63,839 bases of DNA, filler included, from Octopus bimaculoides (GCF_001194135.2; 7 parts of 6 records of this genome joined end to end with filler, not necessarily neighbours in it), one strand, 5' to 3'; counted from the whole stretch's first letter, positions 40,196-52,255 are shown. The notes: generated from the letters alone by a model not told the origin. A program made the numbers and translations.

Positions 40196-41128
40196 CATTA
40201 TTACTGTTGCTGTTATTATTAATGGCTCAAGCTGGAAGTATTATTAGCATAAGTACCAGCTAAGTACTACAGTCTATGTAATCAACTATCCTCTCCCCCA
40301 GTAACTGTTGGCCTTGTACCAATATATTGTTGTTTTTGTTATTATTGCTAGCAAATCTACCCATCTATGATGGAGGTATAAAATGAGGTGAGGAAGTCAT
40401 AATAGCAGTATGTATTGAGAAATGTGTAAATGGACTTGATAGATTACTGGGTGGTTGATGGTTTCTTCATATTTTCCACAAACCCTGCATTATGGACTTA
40501 TTCCATCCCTGATGATGTGATGTGGATAGGAAATAGTTACTAGATTTGATCTTGTGCAATGATTATTATTGTTTTTGTTGTTCCTATTGTTGTTAGCATT
40601 ATCATCATCATCATCATCATCATCATTATTTAGTTCTTGGGAATATTTTTTCATTGCTCATTGTTAATAGCATGTAAAATGTAGATGCTAATAACTTTAA
40701 TTAGTGCTAGTTATTGTAAATAGCTATTCCCGACTTCTTCTATTTCAGTGTGATCAATATTTTTCATATTAGCTATATTTGTACTCATTCAAGCAGTCTA
40801 AATAATCCCATTGAATCAAGCAAACAATCTTATCTATTTGTCAACTTCAATAGATTTCCTCTCTAAAGTAGACAACAAATCAATAATTTGCCTGTTTGTT
40901 GTTTTGTCTTCTAAAATATTCTAATTTACATGTCAGGATGATCTGGCAGTTTGTAGCCTTCAGGATTTGAATGTGAGTGTGGTGGAGAAAAAGTAGTAGT
41001 GAGAGGTGAAAAGAGAAATATCAGTTATACATACAAAAGCAGACTGTATGAAGTATAGGTACAAAGTGTTATGATACTTTCATGGGTATTGAATGCAAAA
41101 AAACCTGCAGAGATGACAAAAAGCAGAC

Positions 41129-41480
41129 TGCCCAGCGTCGCCTTTCTGGCACTTGTGCCCGTGACATGTGTAAAGACATTCGAGCGAGTTTGTTGCCAGC
41201 ACCGCTGGACTGGCTCTTGTGCAGGTGGCACGTAAAATACACCATTTTGAGTGTGGCCATTGCCAGTACCGCCTGACTGGCCTTTGTGCCAGTGGCACGT
41301 TAAAACACCCACTACACTCTCTGAGTGGTTGGCGTTAGGAAGGGCATCCAGCTGTAGAAACTCTGCCAAATCAGATTGGAGCCTGGTGTAGCCATCTGGT
41401 TCACCAGTCCTCAGTCAAATCGTCCAACCCATGCTAGCATGGAAAGCGGACGTTAAACGATGATGATGATGATGATGATG
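41129..41480 (+). mobile_element. Family C retroposon copy with (GAT)n tail
   Basis: Reverse complement of 2206-2560. Confidence 0.85.
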
Positions 41481-41504
41481 ACTTTGGAGTGTAAAGAAAA
41501 CAAG

Positions 41505-41760
41505 GAAAATATGTCAGGTTGTGTGAAGTATGTGTGACATAAGATATGAGTATTGAGTTTGGAAGTTCCACAGAAACTATAAAGTTTAGAATGTATGAAA
41601 TATACATAAGGAGTGTAATGCTACATGCTAGAGAAACATGGGTAATCAAAATGGAAATTTTGTGGAGTCTACAGAAGCAAATTGTATGAAATATAGATAG
41701 AAAGTTTGATGTTAAATGTTAGTGAAATGGTTGTTAGATGTTATATATCTGGAGAGACAT
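41505..41760 (+). mobile_element. Decayed RTE-like RT C-terminal fragment; related copy at ~44425-44610
   Basis: KFRMYEIYIRSVMLHARETW (cf. LY..CVR..MLHGSETW); both copies share ggaagttcca.a.aaactat.aagtttagaatgtatgaaat. Confidence 0.45.
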
Positions 41761-41850
41761 AACAAGAGCAATTAAAATATAAAATATGTTAGATAATTGT
41801 AAGGTATTGTCAAATGATATGAATTGTTATACAGGAAATTATGATGATGA

Positions 41851-42055
41851 TCATCATCATCGTCGTTTAACGTCCACTTTCCATGCTAGCATGGGTTGGA
41901 CGATTTGACTGAGGACTGGTGGACCAGGAGGTGACACCAGGCTCCAATCTGATTTGGCAGAGTTTCTACAGCTGGATGCCCTTCCTAACGCCAACCACTC
42001 TGAGAGTGTAGTGGGTGCTTTTATGTGCCACCGGCCTGACTGGCAGTACTGGCAA
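41851..42055 (-). mobile_element. Family C 3' fragment, inverted relative to 41129-41480
   Basis: ~93% reverse-complement match over ~180 nt. Confidence 0.85.
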
Positions 42056-42396
42056 ATCCCTTTTAATACCAACTCCTCTGAAAGTATCCCTTTTCTATGA
42101 TACAAACTTCATGTTTTAAAACAATCTAAATTAAGACTTTTTATATTAATTTTATGTTAATCTGCATTCCAAAATATCACCTTAATGATGACTGTTATTG
42201 TAGTAAATCTGTCATTATTTTCAAAATTAATTGAAACAAAAGCAATGTATTTCAACAGAAATATGGTAATAAAAGAGTCAATCAATTTTGGCAGGATCTT
42301 CAACACACAATATAGTAAAATAAAACGTAATACCAAAGCAAGGCATTCACTTCAATGTTCTAAGTTTATTATCAAATCACTCTCTCTCTCTTTACT

Positions 42397-42762
42397 CTTT
42401 TACTTGTTTCAGTCATTTGACTGTGGCCATGCTGGAGCACCACCTTTAGTTGAGAAAATCGACCCCAGGACTTATTCTTTGTAAGCCTAGTACTTATTCT
42501 ATTGTTCTCTTTTGCCAAACCACTAAGTTACGGGGACGTAAACACACCAGCATCGGTTGTCAAGCGATGTTGGGGGGACAAACACAGTCACACACATACA
42601 TATATATATATATTTATACATATATACGACGGGCTTCTTTCAGTTTCCGTCTACCAAATCCACTCATAAGGCTATAGTAGAAGACACTTGCCCAAGGTGC
42701 CACACAGTGGGAATGAACCTGGAACAATGTGGTTGGTAAACAAGCTACTTACCACACAGCCC
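42397..42762 (-). mobile_element. SINE family B, near full length
   Basis: tRNA-like head on minus (ggctgtgtggtaagtagcttg...ccaggttcattcccactg) followed by the CORE-like ccttgggcaagtgtcttct. Confidence 0.85.
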
Positions 42763-42796
42763 CTCCGATTATCTGCAATATTTTACAATATTTCAA

Positions 42797-43172
42797 AGGC
42801 ACAGGCTTGGCTGTGTGGTAAGAAGCTTTCTTTCGAACCACTTGGTTCCAGGTTCAGTCCCAAGTGTTTTCTACTATAGCCTCTGACCAACCAAAGCCTT
42901 GTGAGTGGATTTGATAGATGGAAACTGAAAGAAGCCCATCATATATATGTATGTATATACCTTTGTCCGAATGTCTTTGTGTCTGTTTGTATCCCTATCA
43001 CTGCTTGACAACTGGTGTTGGTATGTTTACATCCCCATAACTTAGCAGTTCAGCAAAAGAAACTGATAGAAGTACTAGGCTTAAAAAATAAGTAATGGAG
43101 TCAATTTGCTCAACTAAGACTTCTCAAGTGGTGTTCCAGCATGGCCACAGTCAAATGACTGAAACAAGTAAA
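42797..43172 (+). mobile_element. SINE family B, near full length, head-to-head with the previous copy
   Basis: aggcacaggcttggctgtgtggtaag...ggttcagtccc...gactgaaacaagtaaaagaataaaa. Confidence 0.85.
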
Positions 43173-43194
43173 AGAATAAAAATAATGAAACTTT

Positions 43195-43210
43195 ATTTTT
43201 ATTATTATTA

Positions 43211-43272
<62 letters not shown>

Positions 43273-43300
43273 GTTGTTGTTGTTGTTGTTGTTATTATTA
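43195..43300. repeat. (TAT)n/(TGT)n microsatellite
   Basis: Direct reading. Confidence 0.95.
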
Positions 43301-44839
43301 CTATTATCATCCATTGACTTGAGTGAACTATATTAAGGTCCTTTGAAGTTTTCTACTGACTATTTTGTTTGTACAGTTTTTTTTTTTTTTGCAATGTTGG
43401 AGTAAATAATGTTGATACATCTATGTCATGTGCATACCTTTTGAGGTTTGTGATGTATATTGATGTTCTTTTGAATCACTGAAAATTGATGGCTTCAATA
43501 AAAGCCTCACCATTTTAACATCCATTTTTCCATGCTTGCATGGGTCAGGCAAGATTTGTTGAGGCAGAATTTCTATGGTTGGGTGCCTTTCTTATTGTCA
43601 ACTCTCAGTCTTTTCCAAGTAAGGTAATAATATTTCACCTTGGCTAGACATCTTTTCATAAAAAACTGGAAACAAATGACACAAGCTCATATGACAGTAA
43701 CATTCACTTACAACCATCATGTGATGTTAGCACAAGGAGACATGAACATATGCATACACACACATATTCAATAAGATTGTTTCAGTCTCCATCGATGAAA
43801 TCCACTCAAGGCTTTGATCAGCCCAGGGATAGAGTAGAAGGCAAATACCCAAGGTGTTATACAGTGGAACTGAACCGAAAACCATATGATTAGGAAGTGA
43901 ACTACTTGACCACACAACCACCCTTGTTTAAAAAAAAAAAATAGAATTAATAAGCGAAATCTAGAACTCGCATCTCTAAACTTTCTATTATGGCATTTTT
44001 TTTCTTTGACTGCATTTTTGTACTCAGTTGGACCATACTGGGTTATACATTGTGAAAATGCGGCAAAACCATTTATACTGAAATTTAGTTTTTCTATTAT
44101 AGAGTTTCTTCAAATCTCTAAATTAATTAGATTTCTGTGTAATTTTTCAACAATTGTGTTTTGGGTTACTTTTTTTTTTTTTCTGTATATTGATTTTATA
44201 TTGTAGCAAAGGTGGGATAGTTCTTTGTTGGTTAAATTATTTTTATAGCTCAGAATTTTACCAAATGTCAAGCACTTAGAGGAAAGTACTTTGTAAGAAT
44301 ACTCCACATACAACATGAATGTAATACAGTTTCACATATGTAATATGAAAAACTGTTTTTATACATAATATAATGATAAACTGAGATTATACATGCAATT
44401 AATAGACAAAAACTCTCTCTAAGGACCATGAGATGTCAGGTTGTATGAAATAAGTATGATACCTCTTGGAAGTATGATGCAAGTATTGAATATGGAAGTT
44501 CCATAAAAACTATGAAGTTTAGAATGTATGAAATTTACTTTAAGAAACAAGGTTATCTAGTTGTGAGACATGGATACTGAATTTGAAATCCCAAGAAAGG
44601 TTGTTTAAAATTTGAAATAAAGAACAAAGGAAATTACCGTAATGATAACAGCTAATCAAAATTTTTGGAAAATAACATCAATACAAATGGAGGTGGATCA
44701 TTGTTGCTGCGCAAATTGTGCACTTCTGTGATCAGACACTCCAGTTATGGCCATTCTTTTTATTCAAGCACAGTCTTTAGAACTATGTTATCTAAAGTAC
44801 CCTTCCATTTTAAATATAGAAACATTTTGATTTAGAGTA

Positions 44840-45757
44840 TAAGGTGGCATCAAAAAATTCCTGGACTAGTTCTGTAGCACACCAATAGATAGCAGCATAC
44901 AGATGTGTGCACAGTGAGAGTTAGCAGTGACCTTCCCATGGCATTGTGCTGAGTGATATCACTGTGTTTACTTCGCAAATTGTGAAATTTGTGTTTCTGT
45001 GATCATGTGTATGCTGTAGTCTGTGATTTTGTCACAGATAGGAACAAAGATCCCGTGTAAAATTTTGTGTTAAACTTAGGAAGTCTGCTATAGAGACATT
45101 GAACATGCTTCAGCAATCTTACAGCAATGAGGCAATGGATTGTACACAATGTTTCGAGTGACACAGGCACTTCAAAAGTGGAAGAACATCCTTGGAAGAC
45201 AATGAATGATCTGGAAGACCTGCCACAAACCTCACCTCCAGAAATGTGGCATTGTGCTTCAAGAATTCATCCACCTGAGCCAAACTACCAATCAAGACTT
45301 CTACTGTGACATTTTGAAGTATTTGAAGGAGGACATTCGGCAAAAGCAGCCGGATCTGTGGAACTCGAAGAATTGGATTCTTCACAACAACAATGCACCC
45401 TGTCACCAAGTTCTCCTCACTCATGAGTTTCTTGCCAAAAACAACATGGTTTCACTTCCACACCTGTCCTTTTCGCCAAATTTAGCACCTGTGGACTTCC
45501 ATTTCTTCCTTAAGATGAAAATGCAGCTCAAAGGTTGTCATTTTAACACCATTGTCAATATCCAGAGTGAATCGCAGAAGGGCCTTGACTCACTTACAGA
45601 AAACAACTTCCAAGCTGGACTCCAAAAGTGGCAGGAACACTGGGACTGGCATGTTGCACAAGGTGACTATTTTGAAGGAGATGATGCTAAAATTTAGGTA
45701 AATAAGTTATTTTTTATAAAACATAACTACTCCAGGAACTTTTTGATACCCCCTCAA
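44840..45757 (+). mobile_element. Internally deleted mariner transposon
   Basis: TIRs ~26/31 (aaggtggcatcaaaaaattcctggactagtt / aactactccaggaactttttgataccccctc), TA on the left. Transposase relics EQRSRVKFCVKL...FKSGRTSLED..SGRP, then a jump to WILHNNNAPCH, SFSPNLAPVDFHFF, QGDYFEGD. Confidence 0.9.
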
Positions 45758-45873
45758 AGATTTGTCACCTATTTCTAGTAGGTTAAAGCACCATGGTACT
45801 TTGAAAATATTTTTTTGTTTCTAATAAGCTTTTTTTACTCAGTAACTTAATGTATTTTTTTCCACTTCTCCAG

Positions 45874-47381
45874 ATGGTGTAACTGCTGAAGAGGTTGAAG
45901 CAAACCTTGACACGATCAGGAAAAGTTTCCATTCGCCTCCACTTCATCCTTGCTTGCTCACATTTGACAAAGAAGAAATAGAAAAAGATCTAAACATATA
46001 TAATGTTTTCGAAGTGCCAGAGAAATTGCATGCCAGAGCAGAAGTTGTGATGTCTTTTCTTATATTCTTTATTATTTCAATTGCTTCTTTTGTCATGTTT
46101 CAGCGACCTGCCGCCTGGCTTGCACTTTTCCCTATTTTCCTTATTATTGAAATTCTTTTCATTCTCAAATTAATATTACGTAAAAAGTTTATATTTATAA
46201 ATAATTTACCTGATAGTTGGATTATTCGAAGTATTGAAGCTACCTTTTTAGCACTCATCCCAGTTCTTGCTGTATTCTCAAACTTCTACTGCCCTGGCTT
46301 CTTAGGTCGTTTGTGGCAGGAGAAATGTTTCTGTATTACATTTATGATTGCATTTTTCAATTTCACCACTTTTACAACAGTAAGTTCAATAATGAGATCA
46401 GTCATGGCTATACTCTCATTTTTTATCTTCCTTTTAATTCATACCCTGACTGCCTGCACGCAAAACAGTGAGATGGAATATGACCTGTTGTCTGATAACG
46501 CATCAGATATTGTCACACAAATGCCTCTCCCTAATTTAATCTTTAGCCGGTCAGACCATTTCATTTTCTTCATTGACTTGGATTTACTACTCCATCTGCT
46601 ACTTATATTATTTTTGAATAGAGAATTTGAAGTAAGCTACCGAATTTGCTATCATTGTGACGCTGAGGCCTTGTCTTGTCAGCAACAGACAAAAGAAAAC
46701 AAAGACCAGTTGGAATGGCTATTGCACAATATCATCCCAGAACACATATCTTCAAAACTGATAAATGGCCGCTATTCTAAAAACCACCAGTATATTGGTG
46801 TAATTTTTGCTGGTCTTGTAAACTTTAATGAATTGTATGAAGAATCTTACCAGGGTGGGCGGGAAATGTTAAGAGTTTTAAATGAATTAGTAGGTGATTA
46901 TGAGGATCTTCTTGATGATTACCGATTCAAAGATGTAGAAAAAATCAAAACTATCACTAGTACATTTATGGCAGCTTCTGGTTTAGACGAAACGAAGTGC
47001 CGACAAAATAACCATAAATATGCACACCTGTTCAACCTAATGCTATTTGCCATGGAGATGCAAAAAGTAATTGAAAATTTCAATAAAAGTATGATAAACT
47101 TTGAATTTATTCTCAACATTGGGTACAACTTTGGCGAGGTTACAGCCGGGGTTATTGGAACGACTAAACTGCTGTTTGATATTTGGGGGGATACTGTTAA
47201 TGTATCTAGCCGAATGTACTCCAATGGAGCCGCAAGAAGAATTCAAGTTCCTTCATCAAACATTGAAATCTTATCAGAAATGTTTGAGTTTGAATATCGA
47301 GGTACAATATTAATTAAAGGGAAAGGGGAGATGGGAACTTATCTTCTGGTAAAACAAAAAGATGGGGCTTGCTGGGATTAA
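45874..47381 (+). CDS. ADCY9: Terminal coding exon of a membrane adenylate cyclase type 9-like gene (end of C1b, M2 with six TM helices, helical linker, C2 catalytic domain); 5' exons not found
   Basis: Strong acceptor ttttttccacttctccag|ATGG at 45873/45874 (phase 1), open to TAA 47379-47381. AC9-type motifs: PPLHPCLLTF, EFEVSYR, WLLHNIIP, YSKNH, GVIFAGLVNF, YEESYQGGRE, VEKIKTI, TAGVIGTTKLLFDIWGDTVNVSSRM, YRGTILIKGKGEM. ATP-specifying Lys/Asp and transition-state Asn/Arg are present. The TTG start in the ORF track (45954) is not the real start. Confidence 0.9.
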
Positions 47382-47522
47382 ATATACAACAAAACTTTTA
47401 CTTTTAATCACAAAGACTGAAATATGGAAATCCTTGCAAAAAACTGGAGAAAGTAAACCTATTTAAAAAGATTTTTTTTTTTTTAGAGAAATTAAAAAAC
47501 AATGAAAGTAAAATAATGTAAA

Positions 47523-49883
47523 TGGCAGTATTGCTGCTGAAATCATTAGTGCTTTGGATAAAATGCTTAGTGGCATTTCTTCAAGCTCTTTACATTCTGA
47601 GCTCAAATCCCACCAAGGTCAACTTTTCCTTTCATCCTTTTGGGGTGGATAAAATAAAGTGCCAATTAAGTTCTGGGGTCTATGTAATTGATTAACTCAT
47701 CCCCCTTAAAATTGCTGGCTTTATTCTAAAATTTGAAACAACAATTATCATTATTATTTTTAGAATTTGTATTAATATTATCATCATCATCATCATCATG
47801 AAGTATTATAATCCATTTAAATGGTATTAAATTAGAAAAAGAAATGATTATTTTGAATTAGTACCAATCAAGTATTGAGGTCTTTATGATCAACTGCTCC
47901 TTCCCTGAAAAACATGCAGCTTTGTGCTTAAGTTAGGAAATATTGAAATTATTGTCATTGTTAGTATTATTACAATTGATATTTAACATTGCAAAAAGAT
48001 AAGTAGAATACAATGTGTGAAGAAAAACAATAATTTGGAAATGATCTATTCCAGAAGATCATATATTCCACTTAAGCTTTTTTGCAATATATGTATGTGT
48101 GTGTGAATATATATGTAGGTGGGTGTGTATACACACTCACATGTTCTACTGATAGCAACAGATATGTATTGCTATTAATTTACTAATTCTGTCTTTTTAA
48201 TTGTTCAATGTATTGGAGTTTTAATCTCTTTAAAAGAAATATTTTACTTTAATTTTGATGCAGCATTTTCTGGTTTGATGTTGTCTTGAAAAGCCTTTGT
48301 TAAGGGCAGCATTGTAAGATTTATGAGTTATACCTACAACTAGAACAATAACCGTCTGTTCACTAAGTTGTAACATTTCCTTTCTCCACTTTGCTTTCCT
48401 TTTCCAGCCAATAAATATGGAATATATCTAAAATTGGTACTTCTGCCAGTTCAGCTGGAAAGCGTAATTTACTTTCTCTATTCTATTTTTTAAATTCTAT
48501 CTGAGCAAACTGTTAAAACTTTGATTCATGTTTTTCTTTTTTTTTTAATGTCTGAATAACTTATCCAGTCTCAATTAGAGTTTTCAAATTCAACTGAGAA
48601 GTTTTGCACAAAACCCTTTATGTGCTTAGCTATGTCAAGTAGACACTCCATATTAATATTATTAAGTATTTGGCAGTAAAAGCAGCAAAGGTATCTATAA
48701 ATCCTTTTTACAAAGCAGTTTTTGTTTTGTGTTGATCTTCACTGCTTTTAGTGGTTAAATACCTCACCTTATGTAAAGTTGGAGTAACACATCTTTTTTG
48801 AAAAACTTCTTCCTCTTTGAAAGTTTTTATGCTTATTGTAGTTTATGAGGGAAGAAGAACGAAAGGTGAGCTTGCAAACTCGTTAGCACAGTGGACAAAA
48901 TGCTTGGTGGGTTTTTTTTTGGCTCTTTTATGTTTTGACCGAGTTCAAATCTCAATGAAGTCAGCTTTGCCTTTCATTTTTTGAACACAGGAGGTGACGC
49001 AATTGACTAAAACTCCTCCCCATTAAGTTTCATGCTTTATACCTATTGTGGAAAGAATTATCATTAAGGCAGTGAGCTGGCAGAAGCACTAGCATGCTAT
49101 ACAAAATGTTAAGCATTTTGTCTATCTTCACATTCTGAGTTCAAATTCTGCTGAGGTCTTATTGATAAAATAAGTACCAGTGAAGTACTGAGGTCAAAGT
49201 AATTTATTTTCTCTTCCTCTCAAAAACTGCTGGCTATGTAACAAAAATTGAATTCAGTTGTTTGACAGAATTGCTACAGAACCAGACAAGACACCTAGTA
49301 GTATTTGTTATGGCTCTTCAAGTTCTGTGTTCAGATCTCGCCAAGGTCCACTTTACCTTTCATCGCCCTACTGGAATTGATAAAATAAAGTACCTATCAA
49401 ATACTAGTGGTGAGGACAGAATCAATGTAACTAACTATTCTTCTCCTTCAAATTTCTGGCTGTGCCTTTGTTAGAGACAGTTATTAATAGTCTCCTGTTA
49501 CATGGTATTGTTGCTATAACTAATTTAATTATGCTTCCTATCAACCAAAAACTTGATTTCTAGGATGAAGAGCATTCTTATGCCTTCTAAATGACAGTCT
49601 TTTTCTGCTCTTCAAGTCTGTTTTTACTTAGTATCAAGGACTTTGTAGATAATTCTAGTAGAACCAAATAAGAGGCTTTCTAATCCCAGATTAATTTGAT
49701 CCAGAGAACTCAGAAAGCTTTGATCCAATTTTTTAATATCTGAATATTTGAAACAAACAATTTATCTAATCTCAGAATTGTTGAATTCAACTGAGAAGTT
49801 CTACACATATTTTTTGCTTGCTTCGTCATGTCAGGGGATGACTCCATATCAATATCATCAAGTAGTTGGCATTAAAGACCATC

Positions 49884-49916
<33 letters not shown>

Positions 49917-51593
49917 CTGTAAATCCATTTTACAAAGCAGTGCACTCACTCTTAGAATGAGGTTTAGTTTTCCAAGGTTTGCTCTCAAATTTCACCTCAC
50001 AGTTCCTAAGACCCCAACTATAATTGGCAGGATCACGACCTTGTTAATTTCTTTATTCCAGCATTTGAGGATTTCATACTTCAAGTCTGTATAATAATAC
50101 TCTACTTTTTTTTATTATTACTATTATTATTATTATTAACAAAGAAACACATACACACCACAGGTGAACATGACAACAAATACATACTCACACATGCTCA
50201 CACTCTCCACCAACAAAATATGTATTTATCTATATATATACATTTATATATATATATATNNNNNNNNNNNNNNNNNNNNNNNNNNNNNNNNNNNNNNNNN
50301 NATATATAAAATACCTGATATCCAGGGGAGAAAAACAGTCACAAAAAAAATAATTCATTTGGGAAAGCATTAGTTGTATGGTAAAAGATTTTGACAATTC
50401 GATTATAAATAAATGTTTAAAAAAAAAATTTACAACCTCCAGAGCATGAGTTTCCGTTTGCAAAACTGTCCTTCCCACCCCTACTATAGACAACTTAATT
50501 AGTTTATATTCTTGGAAAAAAATGAAAGAATTGTCTATTTAATTATATCTGATATTTTACTAAACCCAACCCGTCCCCACTACACCACACACACACACAC
50601 ACACACACACTTCACTCAGGTGATGTGTTGAGGATTACTATTATCTGCTTCTCTAACAAATAGACTTAGGCTGAGCAGGTGTGCAATAGTGAAGTGGAAG
50701 CAATATTCCAATTCACTAATTTTTGTTTGATTGGCCTTTTGGCTATGATCAAAGTGTATTATTATTATTATTATTATTATTATCATCATTATTATTAAAA
50801 AAACAACTCATTATTATTGTTATTATTATTAATTAATCAATTAATAATTATTAATAATAATAATGAAAAGTTATTTTCATCATCATCGTTATTATGGCAG
50901 TGAATTGACAGAATTAGCAGAACAGCAAACTAAATGCCTTGTGGTATTCAGTTGCATAGCTTTACACTGAGTTCAAATCCTGCCAACGTCAAATTTACAT
51001 TTCCTTTTTTTCTGGGATTGATTAAATAAGTGCCAGTCAAGTAGTTGACTGAAGTCAATATAATCAACTCTTCCTAAAATTTCTGGCTTTGTGCCTATGT
51101 ACGTAACCATTATTATTATTATCATTATTATTATTATTATTATTATTATTGGCAGATGGTTGTCCCTTATTGGATGTTCATTGATGTCCCCTCATGTGTA
51201 GCCCATGTGACAAGAAAAAACATTAAGATTATCAATGTTATAACATTATAAATGGCAGTTGATGGCAAAAGTGTTAGAACAACAGGTGAACAAAATGCCT
51301 TTGGGTATTCAGTTGAGTCCTGAGTTCAAATTCCCCTATGGTCAACTTAATCCCATCATTCTTTAGGGCAGAGAGGTAACAAAGGGTTTTCAATATAATT
51401 TAATATATTCCTTATCCCCTACTTACTTCAAAGCCAAATCTGAGGCATTGTGCCTGTGTAGAAACCATTACTATTATTATTTTTCTCATCATTATTATTA
51501 TTGTTCATGTTGTTGTTATTATTACTATTAAATATTGTTCATATTTTAAATGTTTTTCATGTCTTATGTTGCCTTTTTTCTTCTCTCTCTCTT

Positions 51594-51658
<65 letters not shown>

Positions 51659-52090
51659 ATAAGGAAGTTCCATCGCTTCCCAAGTATTGTTGTAATCACA
51701 CCACTGTTGTATAATTAAGACAATTAATAATCAACAAAAATAAGTTAAGTCCAACTTATATTGTGTTTTTCTTTATTTTTTGGGGACTTTTTGTTACATT
51801 TTATTAATCAGACTTTTTAAAAAATATTTTTCTCCTATTATTTTTATGCAATTGTTTTGATTGAGATAATTATTATTATTAGAATTAGGAGTGTCTGACA
51901 AAGTAACATGTATTTTGTTACAGCTGTTTACATTCTGAGTTCAAATACAGCTGAGGTCAACTTTGCCTTTCATCCACCCAAGGCCAATAAACTAAAAAGT
52001 ACAGAACTAGGGTGGATATAATTGAGTTGCCCTCACCAAAATCTTTTGGTCTTGTGCCTATGTTAGTAACAATTATTATCATTATGGTTA
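47523..52090 (+). mobile_element. Cluster of at least eight co-oriented family A SINE copies or fragments (~47523, 47855, 48865, 49067, 49290, 50895, 51255, 51880)
   Basis: Each carries parts of ggcagtgagctggcagaa / ctgagttcaaat / gataaaataagtacc / ggccttgtgcc and ends in ATT-rich tails. Confidence 0.8.
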
Positions 52091-52208
52091 TTATAAATTG
52101 TCACAGATTCATTACAACAGCTCTAGATCTTTTACAATAAAGAAAGGAAAATTATACATGCTCACATACCATGCATCTGTGAGCATGTGTATAAATATAT
52201 ATATATAT

Positions 52209-52255
<47 letters not shown>

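Noticed and set aside
42797-42870. tRNA genes at SINE heads
   Set aside because: A/B boxes are present but there is no complete cloverleaf, and each continues into a SINE body.
46919-47313. Overlapping antisense and alternate-frame ORFs in the AC exon
   Set aside because: Short shadows of the real coding frame, with no independent signals.
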